This document shows positions 39,801-51,015 of a stretch of DNA of 64,000 nt, in pieces; within the stretch, counting starts at the first letter, position 1, and each line of letters opens with the position of its first letter. The notes beneath the pieces are model-generated. The model worked only from the letters and a program-made list of their open reading frames with translations. It did no database searches and was not told the origin of the DNA. Source of the stretch: Diadema antillarum. Lineage: Eukaryota. The position numbers were made by a program, and so were the translations under genes. Where the stretch lies: assembly GCF_040938485.1 (NCBI RefSeq), contig NW_027271846.1, positions 620,001 to 684,000 on the forward strand. Reading direction: 5' to 3'.

Positions 39801-42800
39801 CCGCATCTTGTAAGTACGGCAAGGCAATGGCGTCATCACCGACATTATGTCCATTGGTTTCTTTTAAAGACATTTCAAACAAGTCTCGTGTATAGTCGAT
39901 GATTTTAGCAATTACTGCCGCCTCTTGAAATATGTCGCTGCTAAGACGTCACAACTCGATCTGCGATGTTTCGACCGGAAGGTTATAATGAATTAGTTTC
40001 TTGATTCCGTAAAAATCATAAATTCAGTGAAGATTTCAGTGCAGTTCATAGGGAAACTTGTGACGCAATGGCAACATCACTTCATCTGATTTCAGTACAC
40101 ATGTATTGTGATTTGGACCAATACACGTGTATAACCCAATTTACCGTGAATGTATAAGTTTCAAATTTCATAATGTCATTATGCGCGTGTAAAATTCCAT
40201 AGAATATTCCTACCATTCCATTGGTTTAATTTCATTTAATGTAACTAACTTCAATCACTTTTACTTGAACGTTCTATCTTTGACTTGACGCAAGTACTTG
40301 TCTTGTTTTCGTGTCCAATTTAAGTTTGCTGTCCGCGGAAAATCAGGGAAGCATTTCCATCCTGTAGAAAGATTGCGGGTAGGGATGAGATGATACGCTA
40401 AGTTACGCATCTCTTCGATTCCACTGCCTCAGACCTTCTTTACATCTTCCATTATGGGTGTTTAATCCGTCAAGTACGCCCTCCATCCTCCATCTCCCCC
40501 CCCCCCCCCCCTCCCCCCTCCCGTCATCCATCCACTCCTGGTGTTTTTTACCCCCCACCAATGACTCTCATCAGAGGCTGGCTGTCTGCGTCACCAGCCC
40601 ATCGCGTCGAGTACTGCCCCGTGGGCCGTCGTGTTCAGCGCTGCCATTCCAGCCTGGCTGGATTAACTTGGTACACACCAAATACTCGCAGCCCTTCCAT
40701 CCCTTCCTCCTATACCTCCTTGTACAGTGTACATACCGACATGATGCTGGAGGAACGGTGGTGTGGTGAGAGCAACTCGCTTCACAGAGCAACCCCGGTG
40801 TAGCTGGCTCTCCCCGGGGCGAAAATGATAAAAAGAAAGATACCTACACACGCAATAGACTGACTGAAAGAGAGGGAAAGGAGAAGGGGATGGGGAGACA
40901 GACAGACAGAAAAAACAGACAGACAGACAGACAGACAGACAAGCAGGGATGGTGGGAGAGAGATATGAGAGAAGGGAAAAAAAGGGGGGGTGAGACTCAG
41001 AGGTGTTAGGGTATGTACGAATGAGATGTAATGAACAATTAGTTTCTTGATGCCCTGCGGTGTAACAGCTTTAGCATTACGTCGATGCGCGGTACATAAC
41101 ACACCCATCACCACAAAAGTGCAGAAACATGCACTCACATTTAAACATGCTAACACACGTCACATCCATAAATAAAGCACGTTTATTATCAGGTATGACT
41201 GCCAGGCCTTTAGCGTTTCTTGTGTCTACATTGTACACTTGGCCTATATATAAATAGTATAAACTAATATAAAGTATCCTTGACTTTGATCCTACAGCAA
41301 TTCGACTTTGTCGACTCATACTTCTCTTAATACTTCTGTACCTTGTTCCTTTAATAGGAATGAATAGTACAAGCCCTGCTGTTTAGCTTTCGCTCCCGAA
41401 ATGCATCTTTGCTTTAAAACCTATCATAGTGTGTATTTAAACTAAATTTTGCCATATGTGTAAAATATACATATATACATATTTTTTTTCCGGTAACATG
41501 ATATGCTTTGAACATTTAAATATATCAAAAAAATGGTAAATGGAATAAATGAAATGAAATGAAATGAAATGTAAGGTAATGAAATGCTATCAAATGAAAT
41601 AAAATTTCATACGTGGATGGCACACTATTAGAAAATCCAGGTCCTGCATTCCAGACCCTGTTTTTCTTTTCTTTCTTTTTTTGTCGTGTTTGTTTTCACA
41701 TCCGTCCACATACTCGTCAACGAAACTTGTAATGAGTTGTATAGTTTTTTGTTTTGTTTTGTTCTATTCCTTCCCATACACTGTCCAGTTTAAGTTCCTT
41801 TGCGATTTAAATTGAACAATAGAATCAAATGAATAATCTGCAGCATATAGTATCTTATGTTTTTATGTTACACACTAGTATCCGCAATCATAATACTATA
41901 AATGTATAATATGATCTGATTATATGTTTCCTTATTTTGTATTCTCTTTCTTTCTCTTTTCCTTCATCTTCCTCCAGGACGAACGGAATCAGATTTTGAC
42001 GACCAATGTATGGATTGAACAGGTGAGATGAAGTTTAAACAGAAAAAAAAAAACAAATCACATAAACAAAACGAACACAAAACATGAAAGAAACAACAAA
42101 AATTTCAAAACGCCTTTTGATGAATTATGATGAGAATATACCCGTGGGATATCAAATATAAAAAAGTCACAAACATAATAAATTCTGACTAAAATGTGTC
42201 AAAGATTCTGATTGGCCCAAGGAAGTTAAGAGCTGGCATTTATAGTGTTAATCTGCAAAATAATTTCCAAAAGTTCAAAAGTGATGGCATGATTACTTTC
42301 AATATTTTGCTCAGCAATAAGAGCATCTGCATCCTCTATGACGGAAGGCTATTACCACTTTGTCGATATGGGTGACCACGTGACATCTCCGCGTGCTCAC
42401 GAAGATGATGCTACATCTCATCATTAAAGCACACCAACACATGATTTGTGAATAAAGCATGGGCCCAGAGGGAGCTATCCCACCACTGCGTAATAGCCGG
42501 TGAGGGCATCTATTGCGAACATCAAAAAGAGGGCGCCATAACGTTATCTTAAGATACCACCTGATGAGACGGGAAGGGGGGGGGGGGGGGGGGGTAATTG
42601 AACACCTTCCTCAGTCTGGACATAGCACCGGAGTCGTTGCAAACAAGACTGGTTACCGGCACTGAAATGAAGGAGACATTATAGCCGCAACGTTCCATGA
42701 AACATTCAATCATATGGGATAACAGATACACACTCCACTGGCATGCAATCGAAGGGAAACGGTAATTACGCTGTGCAAACGGGAAATGTGCGAGTACAGT

Positions 42801-45800
42801 GTATAAGAATTCAAAAGGGTATTGTACTTTTTTAAACTTGAGGGCATTTTGCGGAAAATGTACATTTTTTATAATCAATTTTTCACTGAAGGTCACGAGA
42901 CAAATGTTTCTGGATAGCTGCATTGCAAGGTAGGTTTTAGTAAACATTTAAATACTTTCCTTCAAGTGATTAAAAAAATTAGATGCACTAAGAGAGCCCA
43001 AACCTCCGCCAAGTCAACAGTATCACACTTGCCAAGAACTGTGAACGAATCACGAGTTTGATCTTAATCATCATTATCCGGATCACCACCCAAAGCAGAA
43101 AAAAAAAAATCGGATGCTCCTTTTTCCATAACAGACGTATCCTCAAAACTTCACCCAAATATGCCGATATCTTTTCGAGTAATATAGCTAACATTCATAC
43201 TAGGAAATAAACAAACGCCGGCAATGACATAAAGTTTGAGGAGGCACATGATGGTATTTCCGAAATAGTCGCTGACATCCTCGTAATCTGTTCTTATTGA
43301 TCTGTTTCGTCACATTCAGCATTGGCACGACGAAAAATTGGTCTGGGATCCAGACGCCTATGAAGGAATCAACATTCTGAGGATTCCCGCCACTGAAATC
43401 TGGATTCCTGACGTCACACTTTACGACAAGTAAGTATATTGACCGGACCGGGTCCAAGTCGTCTGATCTTGAGGAAGCGAACGAATTCCTTGAGAGCGCT
43501 AATGTGAGAACATGATTATAAGTCCATGTGATCCATGATAAAGAATACTGTAATGGTTAACTTTAAGAGCCTGCAGCTTTAAACACAAGTGAGAGTATTT
43601 TGGAGGACCTCAACCAGGAACCAAAAGCCAACAACTCATTCCTCCTAAAGTAATTGTCAATGAAAGCTATTAAAGTTAGAGCTACAGACCAGAGAAAATG
43701 AAACGAACAAACCTTTTTTGAACGATGTGAACAATTCAATTCAATTCAATTCAATTCAATTCAATTCAATTCAATTCAATTCAATTCAATTCAATTCAAT
43801 TCAATTCAATTCAATGCATTAACTCTTGTGTCTGCTTAACGTGACTAACTAGAGCTCTATTCAGACATCAGAAGTGACTTTCATTTTGCTCAAACAAACG
43901 AGGTTCCCATTTCAGGTGGAGTTTGTTTGTGGCAGTCAGGTATTGTCAGGTGACCGATTTCACTTGCCCACAAATAAATCGTGAAATCTGACTCAACATT
44001 GAATGTTCTTCATTAATACTCCGATATTGAATCTCCCCTGTGGTATCAAGTTTTTTAAATGTATGATAAAATTAATTTCAGGCAGACTGAGATTCGCTTT
44101 GAAAAAAAAAAGAAAAGACACAAATATTTGATACATTCAATTTCGCTGACGATTCCCAAACGCAGACATAATTAAATACTAAGTTGCTGTATTGTTTGTC
44201 GAGGAGTGTACATACTGATATCTCCGATCATCGAACACAATTTGTAAATAATGTTGAAAATGAAAGCGATGGATGGGAGATGGAGTTCTAAAGTTAAGAT
44301 GAATCTCACTTCAAACAAAGCTGTGGTTATCAGAGAGGTACATTTTGCGGAATGTATCTGAAATTAGACCACATGGCACTGATATAAGCTTATCGATAAA
44401 TTGCGATCCTTTCATCATTTTTTATGTCTTCTTCTTTCACCTGTCTTTGAATGAGATAAAGATGTTTGAAGTGCCGCATATGGACGGACAAGTTATATAA
44501 TGTTTTCTTAGGAAATGTTGCATACATCATACTTTTAATAATATCATTTGTCATATCACGAACACACTTTGAATAGCACTGGTTAATGTGACTTCTACGA
44601 AGACTCTTTTTCATTACTGACACGACATCTAGCCCCAGGTGGTACATGTCGACTGAATTGTTAATGGCATCAAACGGGGTCGAACGTCGTTCGCTCCGTG
44701 CGTGCTCCCCATAATTGATGCGATATGGCTGTGCGGTGTGTGAGTTGCTGTGAGCATGTTCGGGTGATGTGACACCTGCTTTTCGTATTCATTCCTACCA
44801 CCTTCTCACTCACTGCTTGAGATCGGTTTTGAAGACATTAGTACAGAGGCGAGGTTCACGTCAAAATGACTTTGCCGATAGACTTTAAGGTGTAAGAGCA
44901 GATCAAAGCGCGTGTGTAGGTTGGGAAAACAAAACCCGTCTCCAGATAAATAGTAAATGAACAATGCAAAATGATGTCATCTAGTAGCTGTAAAATAATG
45001 GTAGTATAATTATTACTTTTTGAGTCTCATTTCTTGACAGTCAGGACTGTAACAGGTGAACTTTGACCGAGAAGTAATAAAAAGAATGTGTGCAAGCAGC
45101 TTCACACGTATACAAGGCAAGTTGAGGAGAATGTTAAGGTAACATTCAGTTTGAACGTTTTATTGTAGGGCATCAAAAAGCTACACAGTTGGATTCACCT
45201 GCTCAAAGGGCGCCTACACGTTTCTTCACTGAAAGTTGGCTGGTCAAAAAGGGTTCGCATCTTTCAACAGCTTGGAATGTATAAAGCTTCAGCAAAAATA
45301 TAGATTCATCGGAACATTATAAATTCGCACTTTCTCGATCTTCAACTTGCGGTATACAATACTTATACTGTAGTCATGAGAACGTAATTGTCATTGTTTC
45401 TCTTTTTTGTTGTTTCTTGCTCATCAACCTCAGCGCTGATTCCAATGACTATGTGGCCCATAGTCGCTCTTCAAACGCCCTGGTGAACTACAACGGCAAC
45501 GTTGACCTCTGGTCCAAGCCCACGCTGGTCAAGAGCACCTGCAAGATCGACGTCAAGTTCTTCCCCTTCGACGAGCAGATGTGCTCGATGAAGTTTGGCT
45601 CCTGGACCTATAACAGTTTCCAGATGAACCTCGACAAGCACACCGATGACCCCGACCTCTCGACGTTCGTGGCGAACGAACAGTGGCACATGAAGTACGC
45701 CGTGTCGCGACGTCACAACGTGAAGTACGAATGCTGCCCAGAGCGCTACCACGACGTCACGTTCTACATCGGTCTCAAGCGCAAACCGCTTTACTACATC

Positions 45801-47797
45801 TACAACCTCGTCATGCCCTGTATCCTCCTCTCCTCGCTATCCATGCTCGGCTTCTTCATGCCCTACGACGTCGGCGTCGTCAAGGTGTCGCTCAGCGTCA
45901 CGCTCATCCTCTCGCTCACCGTCTTCTTGCTGCTCGTCGCCGAGATGATGCCGCGGACGTCGGAGGAGGTGCCGCTTATAGGTAAGCGGCTGTAAAACAG
46001 TCTAGCTCCTTGGAAGTCTGGGCAATTATGTAACACAGCCACATAACGTTCAACATAAACCCATGTGCCAAGCCTTTTGTTGTTGTTGTTGTTTGCCGTA
46101 TTTTCCTTTGCTCATTGCTTCTTGTCAATTTCAGATTATTATCCGGATGACAGAAACGGGCATAATTCTGACAGAGATGAAATGCTAATCTGTTGCTGCA
46201 AGATACTATCCTTGCCATAGTAATCGTCGCTTGTCTAATGAATTGACTCCTATTTAGAATTTGAATAAGTGCTTGGTACTGAAAAATCGGAAAATAGCAT
46301 TCACAACAGACTTTTAGNNNNNNNNNNNNNNNNNNNNNNNNNNNNNNNNNNNNNNNNNNNNNNNNNNNNNNNNNNNNNNNNNNNNNNNNNNNNNNNNNNN
46401 NNNNNNNNNNNNNNNNNNNNNNNNNNNNNNNNNNNNNNNNNNNNNNNNNNNNNNNNNNNNNNNNNNNNNNNNNNNNNNNNNATAGCTTATGATAGAAATA
46501 CACAATCAGGGTTTTTTTTAAATCAAAAGTAACAATTACCGACTACAAACTATGTTTGCCTTTGATAGGCAGATGGAAGAGGTTGGAACATCTGAAGACC
46601 AAATTAACGATATCCAATTAACTCTAATGAGCAACATTGCTGTTTCATATCATAATTTGATAAATACTGATCTGTTCATGAATACACTGTGTCCGACGAA
46701 ATGTGTTGGACAGTTGAAAAGCATATGCTTCCGTAAAAGGGAAACCACACTGAGATAACACATTATCAATGAAAGTCCTTGATTTCCTGTTGGAAATTTT
46801 TTCATACCACTGAAGTGTCACTGTGCCTGTCTGGACTGGTTTTCGTTAATTTCTAAATCCCCAATCGTAACACTTGGTTAATACACATTTCTCTTTTCGA
46901 GACAGTCGGAACGTAGTTCAGATGCTTTAACAATACGATTGAGATATAGTTACGTAACATTCCTTGTCCTTTCACCTATGTTGCCAGTTTCGAGTCATCA
47001 TAAGTGGGTATGAATCGCAGTTCTGGAGTGACAATAATTAAAATCCGTGCTCGGAAAAACTGCCGATATTAGGTTTATCAAAATTTGCCTTAGCATTTAT
47101 ACCAATATCTGTGCTTACCATTGCAGGTCAATATTACGCGGCCACTATGTTCCTCATTTCACTCTCGACGGCGATGAATGTGCTAGTGCTCAACGTGAAC
47201 CAGCGTGGTAAGATCGAAGGCCAGGACGTGCCCCGGTGGCTGCGCATCATCGCACTCGACTACGCGGCCAAACTGCTCTGCGTCACACCCTGCACGGGCA
47301 ACTCCTCGCGTCGGTCCGGACGCGATGCGTCCGACTACCGGCAGTACGCCGGTCACTACTCATCGCAGAATCATCACGTGACCTTCAACGGCACGCATCA
47401 ACGCATGGAAAGCAACGCGCATGGCACGCTAAATACATACGGCCAGGCGCTCAGCCGCAACAGCATGCACGTGCGATTCGGCACCGCCACGTCCCCGGCG
47501 CCTACCGAGTCCGATATGCTGTTGGAGGACCGCGATGTTAGCGGAGGAGAACTGGAAACTATGCAAGAAAAGCGCCTGGCGCGGCTTGAAAGAACAGTCA
47601 CCGATATATTAAAGCACATGAAAACTCTACAAAAGAGGCGAGAACGACAAAACCAGCTTAAGTCGGACTGGGGCAAAGTGGCGCAGGTTCTAGACAGAGT
47701 GTTGCTGCTTGTCTTTGTGCTTTGTACTATGGCAACGGCATTGGTTTTACTGCTCAGGAGATCACCGGGTGTGCTAGCGCCACCAGACGACGAATGA
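30212..47797 (+). CDS. CHRNA9/10-like: Nicotinic acetylcholine receptor alpha subunit, alpha9/alpha10-like; join(30212..30348,41978..42022,43320..43429,45434..45981,47127..47797); 5'-partial (signal-peptide exon not located)
   Basis: Five GT-AG bounded exons join in frame (phases 1,0,0,2,1) to 502 aa. Cys-loop CKIDVKFFPFDEQMC (C-x13-C, 45540-45584), loop B GSWTY, loop C KYECCPERY with vicinal Cys (45732-45737; defines an alpha subunit), M1-M3, intracellular loop, MA/M4 (DWGKVAQVLDR), TGA at 47795-47797. The PLIG|xYY junction matches vertebrate CHRNA9/10 as recalled. Confidence 0.95.
30911..31101 (-). mobile_element. Degenerate tRNA-derived (CORE-like) SINE
   Basis: Minus strand reads GGGGCACTGTGG..TAGTGAATAAG..TTCGAT (tRNA-like head), CTCAACCCAGGTGTAAAT (CORE-like) and a CTACCCTGGGTA tail. 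Confidence 0.55.
33703..33813. repeat. (GAAT/GGAT)n tetranucleotide array
   Basis: Seen directly; a similar (CTGA)/(TGAA)n array lies at 38480-38612. Confidence 0.9.
35382..35466. repeat. (TCTG/TCTA)n array
   Basis: Seen directly; a complementary (ACAG)n array lies at 40895-40942. Confidence 0.9.
38171..38274. repeat. Two-copy tandem duplication, period 54 bp
   Basis: TTGCGACACTCRGCTTGTCATATCCGTTG at 38171 and 38225. Confidence 0.9.
41978..42022 (+). CDS. CHRNA9/10-like: nAChR 45-nt exon: DERNQILTTNVWIEQ
   Basis: Long CT tract + cctccag acceptor, GTGAG donor; the classic 45-nt nAChR exon with DE.NQ.L.TN.W. Confidence 0.95.
43320..43429 (+). CDS. CHRNA9/10-like: nAChR 110-nt exon: HWHDEKLVWDPDAYEGINILRIPATEIWIPDVTLYD(N)
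   Basis: attcag acceptor, GTAAG donor; the classic 110-nt exon with W.D..L.WDP..Y.G and IW.PD..LY (loop A). Confidence 0.95.
43733..43815. repeat. (AATTC)n pentanucleotide array, about 16 units
   Basis: Seen directly. Confidence 0.97.
45434..45981 (+). CDS. CHRNA9/10-like: nAChR exon: Cys-loop, loops B and C, M1, M2, M2-M3 loop (ADSNDY...EEVPLIG)
   Basis: cctcag acceptor, GTAAG donor, 548 nt open frame matching ORF 45417..45995; strongly C-ending codon usage. Confidence 0.97.
47127..47797 (+). CDS. CHRNA9/10-like: nAChR last coding exon: M3, intracellular loop, MA helix, M4, stop
   Basis: ttgcag acceptor; QYYAATMFLISLSTAMNVLVLNV (M3) ... DWGKVAQVLDRVLLLVFVLCT (MA/M4); matches ORF 47111..47797. 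Confidence 0.96.
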
Positions 47798-48948
47798 AGG
47801 GAGGACTTCAGCTGTTTCACGTTTACAGACTACTCTAAAATTTGCTGTCGAATGTACATAAGTCGCTCTGTGACTCACAGTCGATCCTTGTGCGAAAAAA
47901 GAGAAAGAATTTGGACTTGCTTCCTTTCTCCAAACCAGTGCCCCCTCCCGTGATGTTCGTGAAGTTATTTAACAACATTTAACGACAGTAACCGTTGTTA
48001 TGGTTTCCTGTAAGGTTGAACGCAACAAGAAGTTCGTGGAAAATGTATGTCTAATGTAGAAAATACTGATGCTTTCCGGTATCAAGGCTGTGAGATACGC
48101 CGATGCAATCAACATTACTGTATTGCCACGAATTGACTTCACTGCAACTCATATTCACCGCTCAATAGTAGTGGAAATGATGTGGCGTCATGTCAAAAGT
48201 AAGCTGAATAGTTATTTCACCAAGCGTCTTGACGGGTGATGAATTTAATATATTGGGCTCTTTTGACCTGAACGAAAGAGGGAGCTTTACACTTGGTGTT
48301 TGTTAGTCTGGTTCCATTTTTGAGAGACAGCCTTCTTACAAACATAATCAATAGACAACAAATTAGCCTCTGGAATTGATATTATGGGGTAGAAAATGCA
48401 AATGCTATTGAAAATGAGACAAGCATTATTTATATACAGGGTGTCAAAATCACTGCAGAACATTTTAGTCCTTAGAAAAGGCGTGTAAGACTTAGCATGC
48501 AACATCGATTTGATATTAAAGTCTTACTGGAATTGATTGTACCGGTATCACATCAGAATGATAATGTACGAAACGTTATTCTTGTTGTAGCATTTCACTT
48601 CTTCTTTCCGTATCAACACGAGGTGCAATTTCATCTAGCGTAGATATATTATATATCTATATCACTCTGCCTTACGTGAATCCATTAGGCAAATTTGTGT
48701 GCTTTCTTCCCCTTAACAAGTATTTTCGTGTGCCAAATGCCCATCTCTTATTGGGGAGAATAAGCGATAGTATCCTATAACTGTTCGGCCTGCAATAATA
48801 TTTTGCTCATTATACGGGACGTTTCCTATGGAGAAAAAAATCACTTTCGATTATGGTCTTGCATACATTTGCATGACATGAATTACGTTGTGTTTTTCCA
48901 TTGTACCACTGTGATGTCATGGCCTTTATGTCGCCATTTAGTTATGCC

Positions 48949-48978
48949 AATAAATTTTACACGAGACAAATGAATAAA
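48949..48978 (+). terminator. Tandem AATAAA polyadenylation signals, candidate 3' end of the nAChR mRNA
   Basis: AATAAA at 48949-48954 and 48973-48978, the first AATAAA hexamers seen after the stop at 47797; no transcript evidence. Confidence 0.4.
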
Positions 48979-50925
48979 CTCATTACTTTCACGAGCACTG
49001 GCTCACTCTTACGTCATGCATCCCACTTTAATCCAGCTAAGACACGTATTGAAGTGTAAATCAGATAGAGCATTTCTCCCCCTTTTTAAATCAGAATTTT
49101 GTCTGAGAAATGAAACCCATAATAATGTATTTTATTGCCTTCTGTAAATACCCTTTGCATGCTTTGAGTAATAAATTCAGGAAGTCTATCAAACAGGTTT
49201 ATGCATTTTGGCATGGAAGGAGATGAGAGGTAGAAAAGTATTTCCTCATTTCTGCCTATGGTACTGGTCTTTGTCCTTGCCCATGTGATTATTCTTAACC
49301 ACTTTTGTGATTGTGATCTTTTGGCGAATGCATTTCTTACTGTCCAATTCGCCATGTACTGGCGTACAATTAACGTAGGGTTCGCCAGTCAACACTGACA
49401 ATTCTGTATTGGAATTGCTTAATCTTTCTATGATTATGATTGTATGACAATTGTGCTTTGTCTGGCTGACGAACCAAAATGAATGCTACAATGTTAAAGA
49501 GTTAGGCCTCTGTTATGATGATTATGCAGTTGACATACACTTGTGTATCAATGGTTGGAATATGACAACGCATCGTGTGGTTGCTTTACATTAACAAATC
49601 AATGATATTTTATGTCACTTGCGATAAAGTTTTGATGAGTAGGTGGAACATTTTATTAACCCATACATTTAATCGATGTGTGTCATCAGACTGCAAATTA
49701 TTCATTACTCGACAAGCTTACGATTCAACTCTCGCAATCGAACCGAGATATTAACGTGTCTGGAGATTATAACGAAATCGCAACAAACGCTGTGAACGTT
49801 CACACCGGTGGCTAATGCTGTAGCTCTGTTGTGCAATAAGATTTATCCATCCATATTCAGCGAGGCAGCCTGAACAGCGCGCTGATGATCATGACTTTGT
49901 GTCATTTCGTGCGTACTTGTGTTTGCGTGTGTTCCTGTATATACGTTAATCTTCTTTTTGTATGATACCAACCTGTACATGTTATCAAATATTGTCTATA
50001 AGATTTGTTGTATTTTTATAAACTCCACGTTCTGAATCCAACTGGCGAGCAATTTTTGCGCATTGTAAAAGATACTATTTGCATAATCAGTGTGTCAAAG
50101 TAAGAATTTACTCATTTTACAATTAGCCTGTGTACATTACGCATGTGAGGAGTGATAATGAAGCCACGATTTTGTTGAAACATTAAACGAGTTGCAAACA
50201 TTTATACTCTCATAGCAGCATCGAAATCTGACAGGAATATTGAAGTAATCTGTAGCCTTGGTTACTCATTGGCGTTGTCAACATAGTATATTTGATGTAG
50301 TGATACATATTTCACACAGCTTCACAAAAAAAAATGCATGTTTTACGAGTTTTATTGATGCGAAATATCTCAACCAAGGCAAGTTTTAAACAGCAAATAT
50401 TCTCGTTCGTTCTCTCTTCCTCGCGTTTGTTCAATTTCGACGTATCTTTCGGTGTAACTAGTTGATGTTTTAAATCAACAGTTGATAGATTCGTGGCAAG
50501 AAAAAATGAAAAAGGTGATGAGTATTTTGCGAGGCTGCTAGAATACGGAAGTGGACGAAAGTTGGCGTGCTGCCTCAAATTTGTATACAATTTAATCGAG
50601 GTCTTTTCTTTTCACCATAAATTTCGATACAACTGCTACCCGTAAGATGAATCTAACAGTAGTGAACTGAAATGCTGTTTTCACGTGATTGGAATTGTCC
50701 CCAGTTACGATAAACTCGTGTCATTTTACCCACGACATAAAAATTGAAACTCTTTCCCTTTATGCAATATCATTCTTCTTTTTATATTTTTGTTTCCTTC
50801 TTTGGTTGTTCTTCCGTTTCTCTAGTGTGGCTTCGGTTTTTTGTTTGTTTGTTTGTTTTTGTTTTTTTTTTAAGTAAAGGCAAACGAAGAAAAACATATC
50901 AAATGAAAGAATGATATTATTCAGA

Positions 50926-51015
50926 GGGGTGAAGGTTCAGGTGCGAGTTTCTTCACTTTGTCTCCCTCTACAAATTAACTTTGTTAAGATCGCAACTGCT
51001 GATCTGTAAATCAAC
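50926..51015. repeat. Third, partial copy (terminal ~90 bp) of the same repeat family
   Basis: GGGGTGAAGGTTCAGGTG...TCTCCCTCTA...AAGATCGCAACTGCTGATCTGTAA matches 20341-20410 and 20631-20680. Confidence 0.75.

Larger units (their letters stand above)
16155..46481. other. Seven N gaps: 16155-16361, 24617-24781, 30442-30625, 31176-31340, 35133-35292, 35774-35937, 46318-46481
   Basis: Runs of N, 160-207 nt long, several next to microsatellites; their content cannot be assessed. Confidence 0.99.

Noticed and set aside
42560-42580. Hammerhead ribozyme cores (CTGATGA here and at about 6050, 17565, 31548, 40568)
   Set aside because: No properly spaced GAAA with pairing stems was found at any of them.
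47236-47820. Alternative-frame and antisense ORFs over the nAChR exons (also 45471-45985) and over 59725-60244
   Set aside because: Shadow ORFs of GC-rich coding exons.
48623-49838. miR-92-family seed matches (GTGCAAT at 48623, GTGCAATA at 49831)
   Set aside because: Such matches are expected by chance in several kb, and the UTR extent is unknown.
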